Below are positions 45,101 through 58,759 of a stretch of 64,000 nucleotides of DNA, piece after piece; within the stretch, counting starts at the first letter, position 1, and every line of letters begins with the position of its first letter. The stretch spans positions 434,001 through 498,000 of the forward strand of contig JASANG010003984.1 in NCBI GenBank assembly GCA_030248215.1. Reading direction: 5' to 3'. Below the pieces are notes generated by a model. It had not been told where the DNA came from. It saw only the letters and a list, made by a program, of their open reading frames with translations, and did no database searches. A program made the translations under genes and the position numbers. The stretch comes from Enoplolaimus lenunculus (lineage: Eukaryota).

Positions 45101-48100
45101 GCAGGTTCGTGGTTGCAGTTGGTCATTAATCCCTTTCCTATTTGAAATGTTTTGAAGATGTGTGTTTTTATAGGTTTAAACAAATTAACCGGAAAGTTAC
45201 TGGGAAACGTTCTGATTCAGTAGTCGTCATCGTATACTCATGAAAATTTTCTTTCGCTCGTGTAGTATATTTTTTACCGGCTGCGGACTTGTTTTTAATA
45301 TTTTAGTTATCATTGCTTGGTCAATCTTAAGGTCATCATCTCTTTTGATGCAGTTTTAAAGCCATATTTTAAATGTTCGTAGAATTGTGTTTAAAAAGTA
45401 CATCAAAGGATTGATGACTTTCAAAATCTACCAAACACTAGCAATTAAAATAATATGGAATCTTCTTGTGCTGATGAAAATTTTTTCATGCCTGTAATAA
45501 TGTATTTTTAACTGGCTGCTGTTCGGATTGTATTGCTTTACCTGCATGTGGTTGGTCGATTTTTAAAAAGCCATCACCCCTTTGTGATGTAGGTTTTTAA
45601 ACAATGATTCTGTATTATTTTCAGGAAATTGTGTTTAATCGCGAAATGAACCGTGCAACGGTGCGAACGGAATCACCAGATGCTTTAGCACAAACCCTTC
45701 AACGTCTGGTTTACGTTAATGCTCGACCAGCACCGGCACCTGGTGACCGCAGACTGACTATTGATGCGAGTTTAAGGTATCGCAAAGGCAAACTGGTTTT
45801 AATATTGATGACTAGTGTTGGATATTTAGGGTGGCGCTATATTTTGCGGTGATGTAATGGTTTCTGGCGCCTTGTTTTGTACCATACGGCGTTGTACGCA
45901 AATTGCTGTACGGCGCAGACAGCAGTCCAATCTACTTTATAATAACTATATTTATTATCATTGCCAAAAATAAGTGCGATTATCGATGTCTCGATTGATG
46001 CGATTGCGATTTTCGCGTCGCCATAGAACGAAATTCGATTGTGGTTTTTGAGTCGCGTTTGCCCAAAATACGATCAACATTGAATCACGATAGTTCAAAT
46101 TCGTGAAATGGTTTTAGTGTATCTCCAGCGTACACAACCGTTCCCATTACGCCGTGTAGTGCTGGGCATTTGCCGAGTCGCGGTGGAGTGGGGGGAGCAT
46201 CGACCGGGAGGCCCCCGGTTCGCAACCGTGGAGAAATTTTTGTGTGTGGGGTGGGTTGCAGAATTTTCGATAGTGACGGTTGCATTAGCCAGTGTTTAGT
46301 TACGCCTACCAATAAACACATGCTCAAAAACAGCCATATAAATAATGATCAACAGGAGAGCGTATGTTTAATTAATACTGTTGATGGTTTATCCGAAAAA
46401 GGTAAGGAACGTAAAATTAACTGGGGGAGATGCTAAACCGGGCGGAAAATCACAAGTGGGGAGTGGGATTTGGTAAGTGCTTCACCCCCCTTCCACCGCC
46501 ACACCAGTAGCGAACCCCCTGTAACAAACATTAAGTATGATTTAGTAATCCTAGTTTTTATATGCGGTGACGAGCGTAGCAAGTATTGCATTACGAACGC
46601 GGACAACTTCAAGTAAAGCGTTTTTGGAAGCGACCGAGAAAATTTTTAGACTTGTAGGATCTGCACAATATTATTCGAAAACGTATACTAGGGCCTTATT
46701 CTCTACTCCAGGAATTTTTGGGGGTATTTTTCTCCTTATCCCCTTGTATACGCGCTGTGCATAGAATTAAAATATTCGAACGCTACGTACTAAAGATGTA
46801 CATTTGATTAATGATTTGTTCACTTTTGCTCATAAGATGGTAAAAAATTCAATTGAACACCAATGGCGTCTACGTATAAATTTTGCGCCTGACTGTAGTA
46901 TACATGTAATATTTGCGATTGTAACTGCGGTCGAAGAATCGCCACTCCAGTCGCAGTTGAAGCGCCACACGATAAACATACCGTCAGTCGTATACCTTCA
47001 GTCTGGATTTTGGTGAAATTTTTGTGTTTTTAGTATTTTCTCTTATTAATGGTTCGGATTCGTAAAAAGTTACTAGTTCACATCTTGAATTTTTTTCGTG
47101 AAATAGACGTAACATATTGTGCTGTAAATGACGAACGAGTGCATTTTTCACTTCGTACGGCTAAAATAGTACGGGAACAGAATTTTGTATGAGCGCAAAT
47201 AAAGTTGAAGTAATTGTAAATCTGCAGAATCTTAATGTATTGATTAAGCCGTTTCCAACACAAGCTTGTGCTGAAAAGTCTTTGAATAGTTTTTGGAAGC
47301 TTTGTCAAAGTGATTCTGTGTTTTCGTTCATAGATTAGTGTTAACGGGTGGCAACTTTGAAAGGTGTCACTCGTTAACACCTATGGGCACCCAATCAGCT
47401 GGGGAAAATTGTTGTGTATAGCACATTATTGTTGCAGATGTCCCGATGTATCGTCCCTGTTGATTCCGGTTCCGCGAGTTGAAAGCGTTATTGTTGTTCG
47501 AAGCAAAGAACGCGTGGAAAATGTAGTCGTATCTGGAAATACTCAAATTACGAGCTCAAAAGCGAAACTGGAACACGGAATCAATCTCTTCTCTGATATT
47601 AAAATTAAAATTGAAGCGGAACAAAACGGTATGTAATAATTGAGCGGATTGTTGGAAGAGGTTGAAGTTATCACAGCTCTAACAACGGCTTGTTGGGAAG
47701 GACGTTGAACGAGATTTTTGTTAGTGCGTGTTGACCGGATATTAATTTACTGGATACCGGAGCCGGACAGTGCTTTTTTAAACGTGAATATTGCTTTTTT
47801 TACTGTAGGGAGTGTGTTAAAATTTGAAATTTTTGGCTTGCCCAGAAATGCTATCGCAGCAGTTAATATGTCAAGGACGCTCACTTGTAAAAAAGCAGTT
47901 ATATTAAATTCGCGACCGAACTTACTGGATGTCGAAAACGAATGCGGCCATCGGTTTTCTATAGGATATTAAACCGGATTCAGATATTCCGTCGGTTCAA
48001 TTGTCAACAAGAACATTTTGTGTTTTTATCGACTTCCGTTTTTGTTTAATGTTTTGGACTTCTGGTTTCATCAACTTCGGTCTTTGATTAATATTTCTGA

Positions 48101-51100
48101 CTTTTAACTTGTGTTGTTGTCTTTGTTCAGTTTGCTTGTAAGAATTGATGTATTTCTAGGTAAGACACAGCTGGATTCGTGCAGTATTACGATTGCGCCG
48201 CCGATCGACAAAAAGAACGAATATTTCAGTTCACCAGCGGATCTGATTATTAAATGGGATATTGATTTCCAACATTTTGAAAAGGGACTAATAATTAAAG
48301 GACGCGAAGGTAAGTGTTTCAGGCAATTTTTGAGTTAGTGACATTTTGCTCAGGGTTTATTTTTGTCGCTCATCGGATTAGATGCGCATAATTTGCCTGC
48401 TGATATGAATGTAGAAAAAAAATTACAGTATGTTTTAAACCAGATTTTTAAGTCCCTTGTCAATTATACCTGTCAATTCCAGGCCAAATTCGTATTTCGT
48501 TCGTTCGCATTCATATTATATTCAATCTTTGTTTTATGCTTGCCCCTCAAGTTAATTTATTACTGTTTTGTACAGATAAGCGAAGTTCCTTGGATTCAAA
48601 ACAGTGTTTGCTATAATTTTTGCTGTGGTTGACTTCAGATAATAATTCAAAGTCATCTCCGATTTACTTGCCTGCGAATTTTGAACGATTAATACGGTTT
48701 GGTTTAAGGCAAATTTATTGTGGTATACAGTATTCACCGTTCAATTTCTGTAGTATTTTGTTATTTTTAGGACCTGAGTCAACTGTTGCGTTTCAAGATA
48801 TTCTGCAACAGTTACATTATTTCAATTTGAATCCGGAAGGCGACGGAAAGCGATTACGCGAAAGCAGTGATAATGTTCTTCGAGAATTTTCGGTGGAATG
48901 CGCTGCTTCTTACGGAAGTGGACGGGGCGGAAACAAGGTTGTGAGCAATTCCTTGCCGGTTAAGGTAAATGCCAAACTTTATGATGTGGAATGTTTAAAA
49001 ATTGAATTGTTTAGTAGAAAATTTCGCTTTAAGCTTGAAAATTTAGTGCTTATTGTTTAGGTATGCATGGAAGGACGTTTGCGTTTTTGGCTATTTTTAG
49101 CGTATTTCTGGAGTAGAAAACTGATTTAGGTACACATGTAATATTGTACGTATTGCGCTGTCCAAGAAAACTATTCTGTGTTTTGTTTGTTTAGTTTAGT
49201 TGGCTTAGGCTTAAAGTTAACAACGTCGATGTTGAAGCTTCAAAGACAGCAAACCTGTTTTTCTTAGACTCGCATGGAATTCTGTCACCACTGAAACAGT
49301 AGCTTATATTATTGCCAAGTAAAAAGCTTAGTATTTTAATATTTCATTCTTTCGCATTGTTACAGCTAATTGTACTTCGAGACACACATGCTGCTGTTAG
49401 CGTCAATGTCAAGGATGACAAAGTGACAGGAACAGCAGCATCAGTGGCGCCAAATGGAGACGCGGCAATTGTAGCTAAAGAAATTTTGGCGCCAATAATC
49501 AAACAACAAGCGGAAGCCAACGCCGGTGCACCGCCAGTTCAACATCGTGAACTTGGCATTGCGCCAGGATTTGTTGGCGTCGATCGGTTCGGGGTCGAAC
49601 CGGCGGCCGCGCCGTTTACTTTGATCAACGAAGAATCGTTGTTGATGAAGCATGGCGGAGCTGGTAGGCTTTGGCACTGGCTTCGGATAGGGGTAGCCTT
49701 GGCTATGGTTTTTTGGTGCAATATTGGGTTATCACCAGGTTTTAAAAAAACCCGTTGAAATCAAAAGAAACCGCTAAAAACACACATCTTCAGATTTTGT
49801 AAAAATCCTGGTCCAAGTTTTAGTTTTTCCATATTCTGCCGTGAATATAATTTTAGCTAATTCGAATTTTTAATTAGTCATTGTTAAAGAAATTATCTTA
49901 AAAACGAATCACTATATTACTTGCCCACTACAAAAATGTATAATGTTTGGAATTTAAGTAAGCGAAACTCTAAAGCTGCGTTATGTGCATCCATGGTTTC
50001 TACCGCGCACCATGCTTTTAGATTTCTCAGCAGTCTGTTGTTCGCAAAGTTTTTATTGAATAATATGGCATATTTAGTTCCATTTTGAACAATGATTAGT
50101 TTAATTTGCTTTTCTACTTTTAGGCGGGACTGGAATTGCTGTTGTCATTGTTGGATTTGTCGGTTTGCTAATCACGTTGATAACAATCAGTATTATTAAG
50201 CTGCGTCGTGTTGCGCATGGATATGGTAAAGCAAATAAAAGCAGTGATGATAACACTGGAGATTCTCGAAATGTTAATATTACAGTCAATCCGATGGAGG
50301 TAAAGAAGCTTTTTGAACGAATGGATAAAAAATGGTTTTCGACAGATCGTTTATAAGTTGAACGTGATGCGGTTACCTTGCAAGCAAAATCCAATAAAAC
50401 TTATTGTTTTAGACAAAGAGTTGTGTAGTTAGCACAAACTGGAAACTAGGCCAGTCGGAAAAAATACAGTCATAATTTACGGATTCTGGAAATTGCTCAT
50501 GTTCAACGTGCGTTTTACGGGTGACTGATGAGAATTTGGAATTTTGTATTTATAACCAATGGACGTTCTATGCATTACAAAGTCGATTGACTTTATCAGT
50601 TTGGCATTGGAAATAAATAAAACGTAATGTTCCAAGCTGTATTTTACCTGAGCAAAGCGTAAATAAATAATATATGTTTGCTTCTATAGGACAATATTTT
50701 GGATACGAACGGTAATATAATGAATACGTCAAAGCCATCTACTGGTATTTCGAACAGCGGCGAGCGACAATTTTTTGATTATGAAGAAGGCTACTGCTGT
50801 ACGTCTGCGGAAGAAGACTCTTCAGATTGTGACAGGTCAGTGTTCAGAATGGCAGCTAGATTTTTGGCTGGGAAATTAAAAGTTTGATTGTGTCACTGCG
50901 AGGACGCGTGTTCCACTGCGAGAACAGGGTATTCAAACACGGTGTAGGCGGATGTGAGTGTTGTTTATCAAAAATGAAATATTCCTCGAGGCATAAAAAT
51001 GTTAGTAGTACACACAATCGTGTGACTTGAGTTCATCGATTAAGATCGTCAGTGACGCACCCAGAGTTGGTTTGGGTGCTCTGCTCAGCGCCTTGAGCCA

Positions 51101-51660
51101 ACTAGAAAACTTTTGGCCACACCTGTAAGTCATGTTAAATCCACCGTAAGTCGATCGGAAAATATCTTCAATTCTCTTTAGCATGTTGAGCTGTCTACTG
51201 GCTTGGGCTCGTTCTCCTCGCTGGGTGACGGATGCTGAAATGCAAATTCTGTTCCGTAGAATTGTATTGTTTTTCTTGACAAGTAAGAGACTGGTGTAGT
51301 TGCTGCTATTGCTGCTGTTGTTGGGCGACGCTTGCAAGGCCTTGAAGCCACCCTGTACGCTGCGGGAAAACTCGAACCGCGTTTAGATGTTGTCGTGGTT
51401 GTTTTAGCTGTTGCGAAGGTGACTACAGCTACAGTGAGTATAACAACCATAATGGTTACAGCGAAAGGAACACCGCTTCACGTGGTTTTGGAACAACGGA
51501 AGCGTGTCCGATCATTCCGTCTGGAAGCTTGCCGAATTTAGATGACCCTCGAGCTTATCCTCCGCATCAAGGTCTGCTAAATGCATGTTTTGATCGAAAT
51601 GGCGATAATTCTGTGGCAGATAAGAAACGATATACGAAAAATTACTCGGTAGTTAATTGA
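33126..51660 (+). CDS. casy-1: Calsyntenin (signal peptide, 2 cadherin repeats, LNS/LamG domain, transmembrane segment, cytoplasmic tail), 19 coding exons, ~1146 aa
   Basis: Exons 33126-33207, 33364-33474, 38531-38807, 40568-40812, 41450-41623, 42091-42291, 42654-42769, 43266-43455, 43873-44069, 44308-44403, 44844-45035, 45625-45776, 47438-47628, 48160-48309, 48771-48964, 49366-49663, 50124-50299, 50690-50835, 51408-51660 join in frame (3441 nt). Motifs DVNEFKPKF, ATDVDCG, NRHHFALYIRNCKL, AEWRW, DDWPMH, IGACWHGR, EYFSSPA and NITVNP match calsyntenins. The last exon is the least certain. Confidence 0.93.
33848..34224. mobile_element. hAT-like MITE with ccgaat subrepeats
   Basis: tagggtggcaccgaatcc...ttgccaccctg with repeated ccgaatccgaat. 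No clear TSD. Confidence 0.6.
36759..37150. mobile_element. hAT-like MITE with gccgat subrepeats
   Basis: tagggttgtgccgat...atcggcacatccgta with an 8-bp TSD gttgtgat (36751-36758, 37151-37158). Confidence 0.75.
40919..41316. mobile_element. MITE family GGTGYGACCGGAT...ATCCGGTCGCACC (related copies ~35102-35430, ~47745-48000, ~57953-58255)
   Basis: Inverted termini and shared internal blocks (ataaaactgctttt, cttttgtgcgactc, tatccggt). Confidence 0.6.
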
Positions 51661-54114
51661 GTCGTGGAGGTATGATAGTTTGGGTATAGTGGCGGTATTC
51701 TCGAATGGCTATAACACTTATAACCAGTACCGGTGGGCGATATATTTAGAACTAAATACTTTACTACGGTATGTATCTGCCCAGACAAAATTTGTCACAA
51801 CTTTGACTTAATGGATCGAAAGTTACAAGTCTGTTGACTGGTGATAAATGTTACACACAGTTGAGAATATCGACCCAGCTGTTTGACTGTTTGCGGGTGT
51901 TTGTATTTTGTGTATAGTTGTCAATACTTATTTGCCTAATTTGTTACTTAAATGGTAACAATTCTATTTCTTAGTCAACTGTTTGCAACGCACTTCTAAC
52001 TGTCGCATTACAACTATTTGAGTTTAAATTCGATAAAACTATATTTAGGTCGTGAAGCGTAGCCAAGGTTTCGGAAATGGGATATATCGTTGTACGAAAA
52101 TATCGAGTATTTCAGCGTAAGTAAACCTATTTCTGAATTTAGCCAAATAAATTTACAGTTTGCCTAGGTTTATAATGACATTTTAGTCACGTTTTTCGTT
52201 GATGTCAAAGCGTAGTTATCAGTTTGATATATAAATTTTATGATGTTCCTGGTATGCCGGTTTTTATTCTTGACTGACTAATCCCCTCTGAAGAAAAGTT
52301 GCGGATTGTGGTAAGTATATTACTTTTCTCACTATACTTTTCGTTTACGAATGTCGTTTTTGACGAAACCAGGTTAGTTGAGATATACGTAAGTAATTTT
52401 GTTGGCAGCTGCCGAGTCGAATTTTCTACTTTTATTCCATATTTTATTAGTGTTGTGACGTTTTTGTGCCATATCATTTTACTATGACGTAATTATTGCT
52501 GCTTATGTTGAAGTACCATATCATATGTGTATATGTATAAATGTATTTCGACGCGTAAATTGGTATGCAGCGTATTACGCTACTGTTCCCAGCGAAGGGC
52601 GTGGTTGCAGTTAAGAGCAAGTTAGCTCCATCTGCTGAATATCTCAGCTGGAATAGTTTGACATGAGCAATCTATTGCTTACTCTTAACTAACCTACGCT
52701 CGCTTTTAAATGTCAGTTTTGATTATGGTATAAGATTGTGCAGCAGTTTGAAAACGGTACCGAAATAGCTCATGTGTGCCAGTTTGTGCTGCGAACATAA
52801 TTATATTCTATTTTGTGCATATAAAACAACTTAGAATATAAAATGCAAATCGTTTGATGTTTGCTCGATTTTACAACTTGACTGCCGTTCTAACATTTCT
52901 CAGCGTATTTGGTAGCAAATTGAAGCAAACTGTTAGAATTAAAATTCGCTGAAGACGTGTCCGTAAGTTCTACGTAAAAGTTTTAACTTATTTTTCAATT
53001 TTGTACAATACAATTTTTGGCAAATATTTTGTACTGTGTAATTTTGGTACTTGTTTACTTACACTACTAACAGTTTCGCCCGACGTATGACTGGATTATT
53101 AAAATAGGTTGACGTTTAGGGTTTATGCTCAGGTTTAGTCTAAGCTTATGCTTAGAAAAATAATATACAGTGGTGTGGTGGGGGTGGCGTGGGAACTTTT
53201 GCGTTCTATCAAATAAACTATGTTACGTTAGTATGAGGCAGAACTAGACAAGTATTTTTCGTTTTTGCATAAAAGCCGTTTTCGTAAAAATATAAATAGA
53301 GATGATTACATAATACACGGTGCCTAACTGGTGGGTATTGACATCTGCGATATGAAGATCCTCATAATGTTTAATTGTGTATCAAGCTGTGGTTATATGA
53401 TGGTAAAATCTATGTCTTGTGAACATGGTTATGATATGCGTGAGAACTGTCTATGTATATAATTTTCTAGTAGTGTTTTGCGTTTATCATCCGCACTCAA
53501 CAGCTTTTCGCTTAGGCTTCCTGGGCTGTTGTAGTCGTTTTTCTGCATTAAATTTTTATGTATAATTCGTTACGAGATAGATATTATAAGTAGCCAAGGG
53601 ACAGCGTTTAACGGATTTTGGAGCGTTGGTCAGTCCACTCTACGGTGCATTGGAGCTGATACCCAACGGCTTGCAAATTTGCTTGTTTTTTAATTTTGCA
53701 GAAATAAAAAAGATTCGTTAAACATTATATAATACCTTGAAAACATTCATTTGCATTTCTTATTACTCTCCATACTGTAAGTTTTATCGGTATATAATGG
53801 TAATTGGGTACATTTTTGAATGTCAGTAGCGTAATTGTACGAGTCGAGTATATGTGAGTTCCTTCTCGCGCTCCACCGTCAAGCTGTTTGTCGAGCGAGT
53901 TGTAAGCTCCTACCGTCCTGCAGACCAGATTTGATTGGCTATTTTGACTCAATTTGAGGTCAAACTGGACTATATTCATGTGAAAAATGGTAATTTTCAA
54001 TTCGTTATAGCGGAAATGTAGTCGCGGGCAAAGTATTGAACGTAATGTGAATCTGCAATGAACACTTTACTGCGAACAGTAACATTTTTCTTCTTGTGTT
54101 TTTGTCCAAGTTTC

Positions 54115-54264
54115 GGCCCATGTAAAGATGTCTGGCGGAACTGTTTATCTGCGGGACTGCAATAGAGAGTAAGCTTATGCTTTAGAGTAATTTTTTGTTT
54201 AGGTTTAGGCGTAAGCTCACGGTTACGCTTATAGGCTTTAACGGCCCTGTTGTATACTTTGGTC
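54115..54264 (+). mobile_element. TTAGGC-bearing MITE, subfamily A
   Basis: ggcccatgtaaagat...acggccctgttgtatactttggtc. Confidence 0.7.
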
Positions 54265-54954
54265 CGATTTTGTGTGATCTTAAATGGGTTGGAGACGTCA
54301 AAAATTTTCACTTTGTGTATTCTACTTGAACTTCTGATATATTCTGATATTTAAATTGAAATTGTGCGTAAATATATATATATATAGCGTCATGTGTGTA
54401 GTGTCATATGTTGCGTTTGTCTTGTCTGCATTTCGTACTTAATTTTTATTGTATTAAGGAATATGGTCGCCTCCAACAGATAAGGTTAGGGTGTATGCAA
54501 CATTCCAGCTTATAAGTTTTAAGTAAGGTATGTATGCTGCAGCTGAAAATTGGGAATTTTTTCTCTTGGGTACCAACCTATGTTGAAATTTTATTGGGAA
54601 CCACGCGTGAGTACATTATGCACTGCCTTGCCCGTACCTGCTAGCACTCATGGCTAACAATGATATAATTTCTTTCAGGTCTGCATAATAAATCCTCTCC
54701 TTCAACAGGGATCAGAACCAAAATATTGTAATTGTTAAGGTTTCGCAGTGAAATAGCACATCTGGGTTCTTGCTCGCTACGCTTATGAAATTTTCACAAT
54801 TATATATCACGTGGTACATATTTATGTTGTTTTAGCAAGTTTTTGTATCCGCCACTGTCTTACAACATATAGTTTAAATACCTTCAAATATTCCATGGTT
54901 AGAGATAAGACACTATATATAATCACAAAACATTTTCTGTACTTCTTGAGGATG

Positions 54955-55118
54955 CACTGCAAAAAATGGTAAGTCAAATTGACTCTCCCCGAAATATATA
55001 GGCTTTTCGGGATTACACAAACTGAGGAGTCAAATTCGACTCCGCCAGAGTCAAACGTGCGACTCAGTTAAAAACCTATTTCGGAGACAGTCAATTTGAC
55101 TCACCATATTTTGCAGTG
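54955..55118. mobile_element. CACTG..CAGTG MITE with gagtcaaattgactc subrepeats
   Basis: TIR cactgcaaaa/ttttgcagtg. A truncated copy at ~56232-56305 lies inside a TTAGGC element (~56180-56411). Confidence 0.7.
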
Positions 55119-55721
55119 TAACTGTAGCATAGAATTTTTTCGAATGAGACTAATGATTTTTCATTGTATTTTGGCTGAATGCTCACATAGCTAATTTTGG
55201 TTACAATAAGATTAAAATTCAAGACTCGTGATCTGATGGCCTTCATTGACTGCAGATGTTGTGACATCGAATTGGGTTTTCATCAAATTGTCTTATAATT
55301 TTGCATCTTTTATAACCGCGTATGTATATATGACCAAGCGAAATGGCTAAAACAATTAAAACTAGCGATTGAGATTCGAAGTCTTACCTTGAAACGAATC
55401 GAGATTTCAGCGGAATAATTGTGGAAAGACCTAAGGTTAATATTCATAAAAATGTAACTTACTTATTAACTGTGTGGTCTATATGACAATGTAAGTATGT
55501 ATTAAATTTGTGTGTTATTGTATGTGTCATATTCCAAATAATATATACAATAGTAAATTTAAAATGGTAAAGCGTAGTCAGGCGTGTGCTATGTTTCAAG
55601 AGGTTCGGTCTCGTGATCGCCAAAACCACCCTCATACTGAATGAGTTAATTTTATGAGAGGGCAGACGAAATTTGGATTTCGGTTTAGGCAGCAGTGAAT
55701 TTTAGGATATTAATGTCATAA

Positions 55722-55983
55722 CCCTTCTCACATTGAGTTGCCTATAGGCAACTCAGCGCAGTGTATATACGTTAAATAATGTATATCGCACCGTGTTTAA
55801 CAATTGCAACACGTATACATAGTACTAAATTACCACAAGACGTGAGAGCCACCTCGGGCTCCAGCGTCAAGCTCCTATAGCTGAGTGGTGATGGTTTACG
55901 ACTCCCACTCCAGTCACTGGAGTTCGAATCTTAGCATAAAAGTAGGTCTCAGGGAAAATAGAAAATATTCATGTGAGAAAGGG
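55722..55983. mobile_element. piggyBac-like MITE containing a degenerate tRNA-like sequence
   Basis: Termini ATAA|cccttctcacat ... atgtgagaaaggg|TTAA and an internal perfect 22-bp palindrome at 55734-55755. Confidence 0.6.
55871..55943 (+). pseudogene. Degenerate tRNA-like / SINE-head sequence
   Basis: A-box-like TAGCTGAGTGG (55878-55888) and B-box-like GGAGTTCGAATC (55919-55930) at tRNA spacing. Stems pair poorly; a possible anticodon loop is CTCCCAC. Confidence 0.45.
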
Positions 55984-58759
55984 TTAACACCATATATACA
56001 ATTGAGATGGTATTTTAAATGCTGCTGAATTGGAACTCATCTAAGGAGCGCTTTCATGCGGATACAACCTGTTATTTGGTTTCGGAGCGAGCGTTACAAA
56101 ACCGTTTACAACCTCGAAGTGCTTGCGGATTGCGGTACAAATTCAATTCAATAAATACAGCTCGCATTAAATTTTATAATTGCTGCGAGCTATAAAAATA
56201 CTGGATACTATTCCTAAGCCTATTAAGCGTACACTGCAAAAAATGGTGAGTCAAATTGACTCTCTCCGAAATAGGCTCTACAGGACTACACAAACTAAGT
56301 CGAGTGAATGAGCATATGCCTAAGCCATGCAAAAAAATTAGTCTAAAGCTTAAGCTTTTACTCTTTTCTAGTCCACAGAAAAACGTTCTGCGCCTGATCT
56401 TTACATGGGCCAAAATAACGAAACCCTACAATCCAACCAGCAGCAAAAACCCCAGCAAGCCTTGACTATAACGACGAGATTAAGGAACAGCAGCAAAGTA
56501 TACATGATGGAACATAATCACTCCATAACAAACCACAACCGCCTATTTATTGTTTTCAAAACGCCAAATGGCGAAAATTAAGCCAATAAGCTCTTATGTG
56601 CAGGGAGTACCCCGGTGCCGACATTACCGAAAATAGTATGCAACGCCTATATTTTTGAAAAATAAGGTATAATTTTGCACATACTTACATTGTCAAAAGT
56701 TTCAATTTGTACCATGCTACATAATTTATCATACTACTGCATTTCATTGTAAATAGTGTGTTTACACCATTAAAAGCGATAAAATAGCATTAAAAATATA
56801 TTTTTTATAACTATTTTTGCTTTTGGCTCCGGTTTTTGTTATGGTTTAACTTTCCGGTTCTGGTCTTTTACAATTCTGATTGCGCCCTGCCTACGAATCA
56901 TTATTTTGTTATCACCTTTACCTACTCAGACACTTTCACTTTTGCTTTCGTTTCCAAACACACCGCGATCGAACTTAAAAAATATTCAGCTCAAATTCAA
57001 GGTCCAACTTCTCAACGCTAAATTCATGAATTGCCAGCATATATCGATAAACAAATAAAATCACAACCACAAAAATACTCACAAAATAAATACTGACACA
57101 ACCACAAAACAACGAGATTCAACTGTTATACCATCTTGTTAATACAAACAGGCATTGATATCTGAAAATTAAATTAATATCGATCAAAGCTTTCAAACAA
57201 GGAATCATGACAACTTGATTTGAATACCCTCAAGGATAGCTTGACCTACATATCTGCCAACGAAATTTAGCAACATAAACTTTTGCACTTGTTACGTTAA
57301 AATTTAGAGCTACGGAAAACCCTTCCATAAGCTTCATGCTAATAGCAAAAAAATGTTATCAATAGTTTGGAATTCATTTTTAACTTGGACTCACACACAT
57401 TTAAGTACCTATATTTAAACAAGCGTCGAAATTACGTTTCGAGGTGCGATTTACAATATGGAGTTTGAAGGCATGGAAATGTATGTTTACAGGTTGTATA
57501 TAAAATTATTTTTAATATTCGGGAAATACAATTAAAAATAACATATTAGCAAGCCCTTTGGGATCAGCTCCACCGGATCGTGGGCGTTTACAAGATCCGC
57601 ACACCGTAATCACCTATATTCCAAGACATATTAACTACTGTGTTTTTCGTTGATTTACATGTCCACGTTTTATTTATGTATAATTAATAGGTGTTACCAG
57701 TATGCTACCCTAGAGGTGGCTTGCTCTAAGCTTTACTACCAATATCTAACATCTATTTTGGTTGTACACGGAAGCTTTGAACCTTCTAAATACCAGCAAA
57801 CGCACGCGTTCGGTTACACCGAAACGTGATTGGCGTCATAGAGACATATTTTCATAAAAAAAAACAAAATAAAACATTTACGAATCAGTAAATATGACAC
57901 AAGAAACAACGATTAGATATAAAATTGAAGTTAATACTATCGATACAGCCAAAGGTGCGACCGGATATTTATTTACCGCATGCCGGAACCGGATAATAAT
58001 GCAATATACCATGTCAACTTCTGCACTATTTGACTGTTTGAGTCGCGCAAAGTATATGAGTACTGAATAAGAATTAATGCTTGTTAGCTTGCATTTTTCA
58101 TTTGTTTTACCTCAGCGTGTCAAAATTTGAACTTCTTGCTTTGTCCAGCAATGGAATCGCAGCAAGATATTGACGATCACAGTAAATATCAGGTACGGCT
58201 TATACCCGATACTGCATTATTTTTTGGATCGGATCCGGATTTCCGGTCGCACACCGTGGATACAACAGTACAAGATCCCTTCATACATGCGATTTGTTTT
58301 GCAGCTGCAAATTGCTTGCGCAATTTTAGCTAAATGACACCATTCAAGTTGTAATTATGAACTATCTTCGATGCAGTCAGTATTACCTGTGAAATGAATT
58401 CATACCAATGCGAACAGCCTTGACATCTATAGAGTTGCAATTACTGCAATTTGCTTTTCAAATTACCTACTCTAAAATAAAATAAAAATTAGTTTTTATG
58501 TTAAACTTTGTGAACACGATCGGAACGGACTATACGACTACGTATAGCAATTAAAAATTCAGGGTACAGACATCATTAGGCCCAAAATCAAACTTAAATT
58601 TTAAAAAAATAATTGCAAATTACAACTCTAATACCTACCACATGGAAGCGAAAGAATTAAACAATGTAGCGAAAGAATTAAACAATGTGTTCGCTCGAAT
58701 AAATGTATCAAAAAAGTATTAAAATAAGACATAACGATAACAAAGTGTTCCAGTACTTG

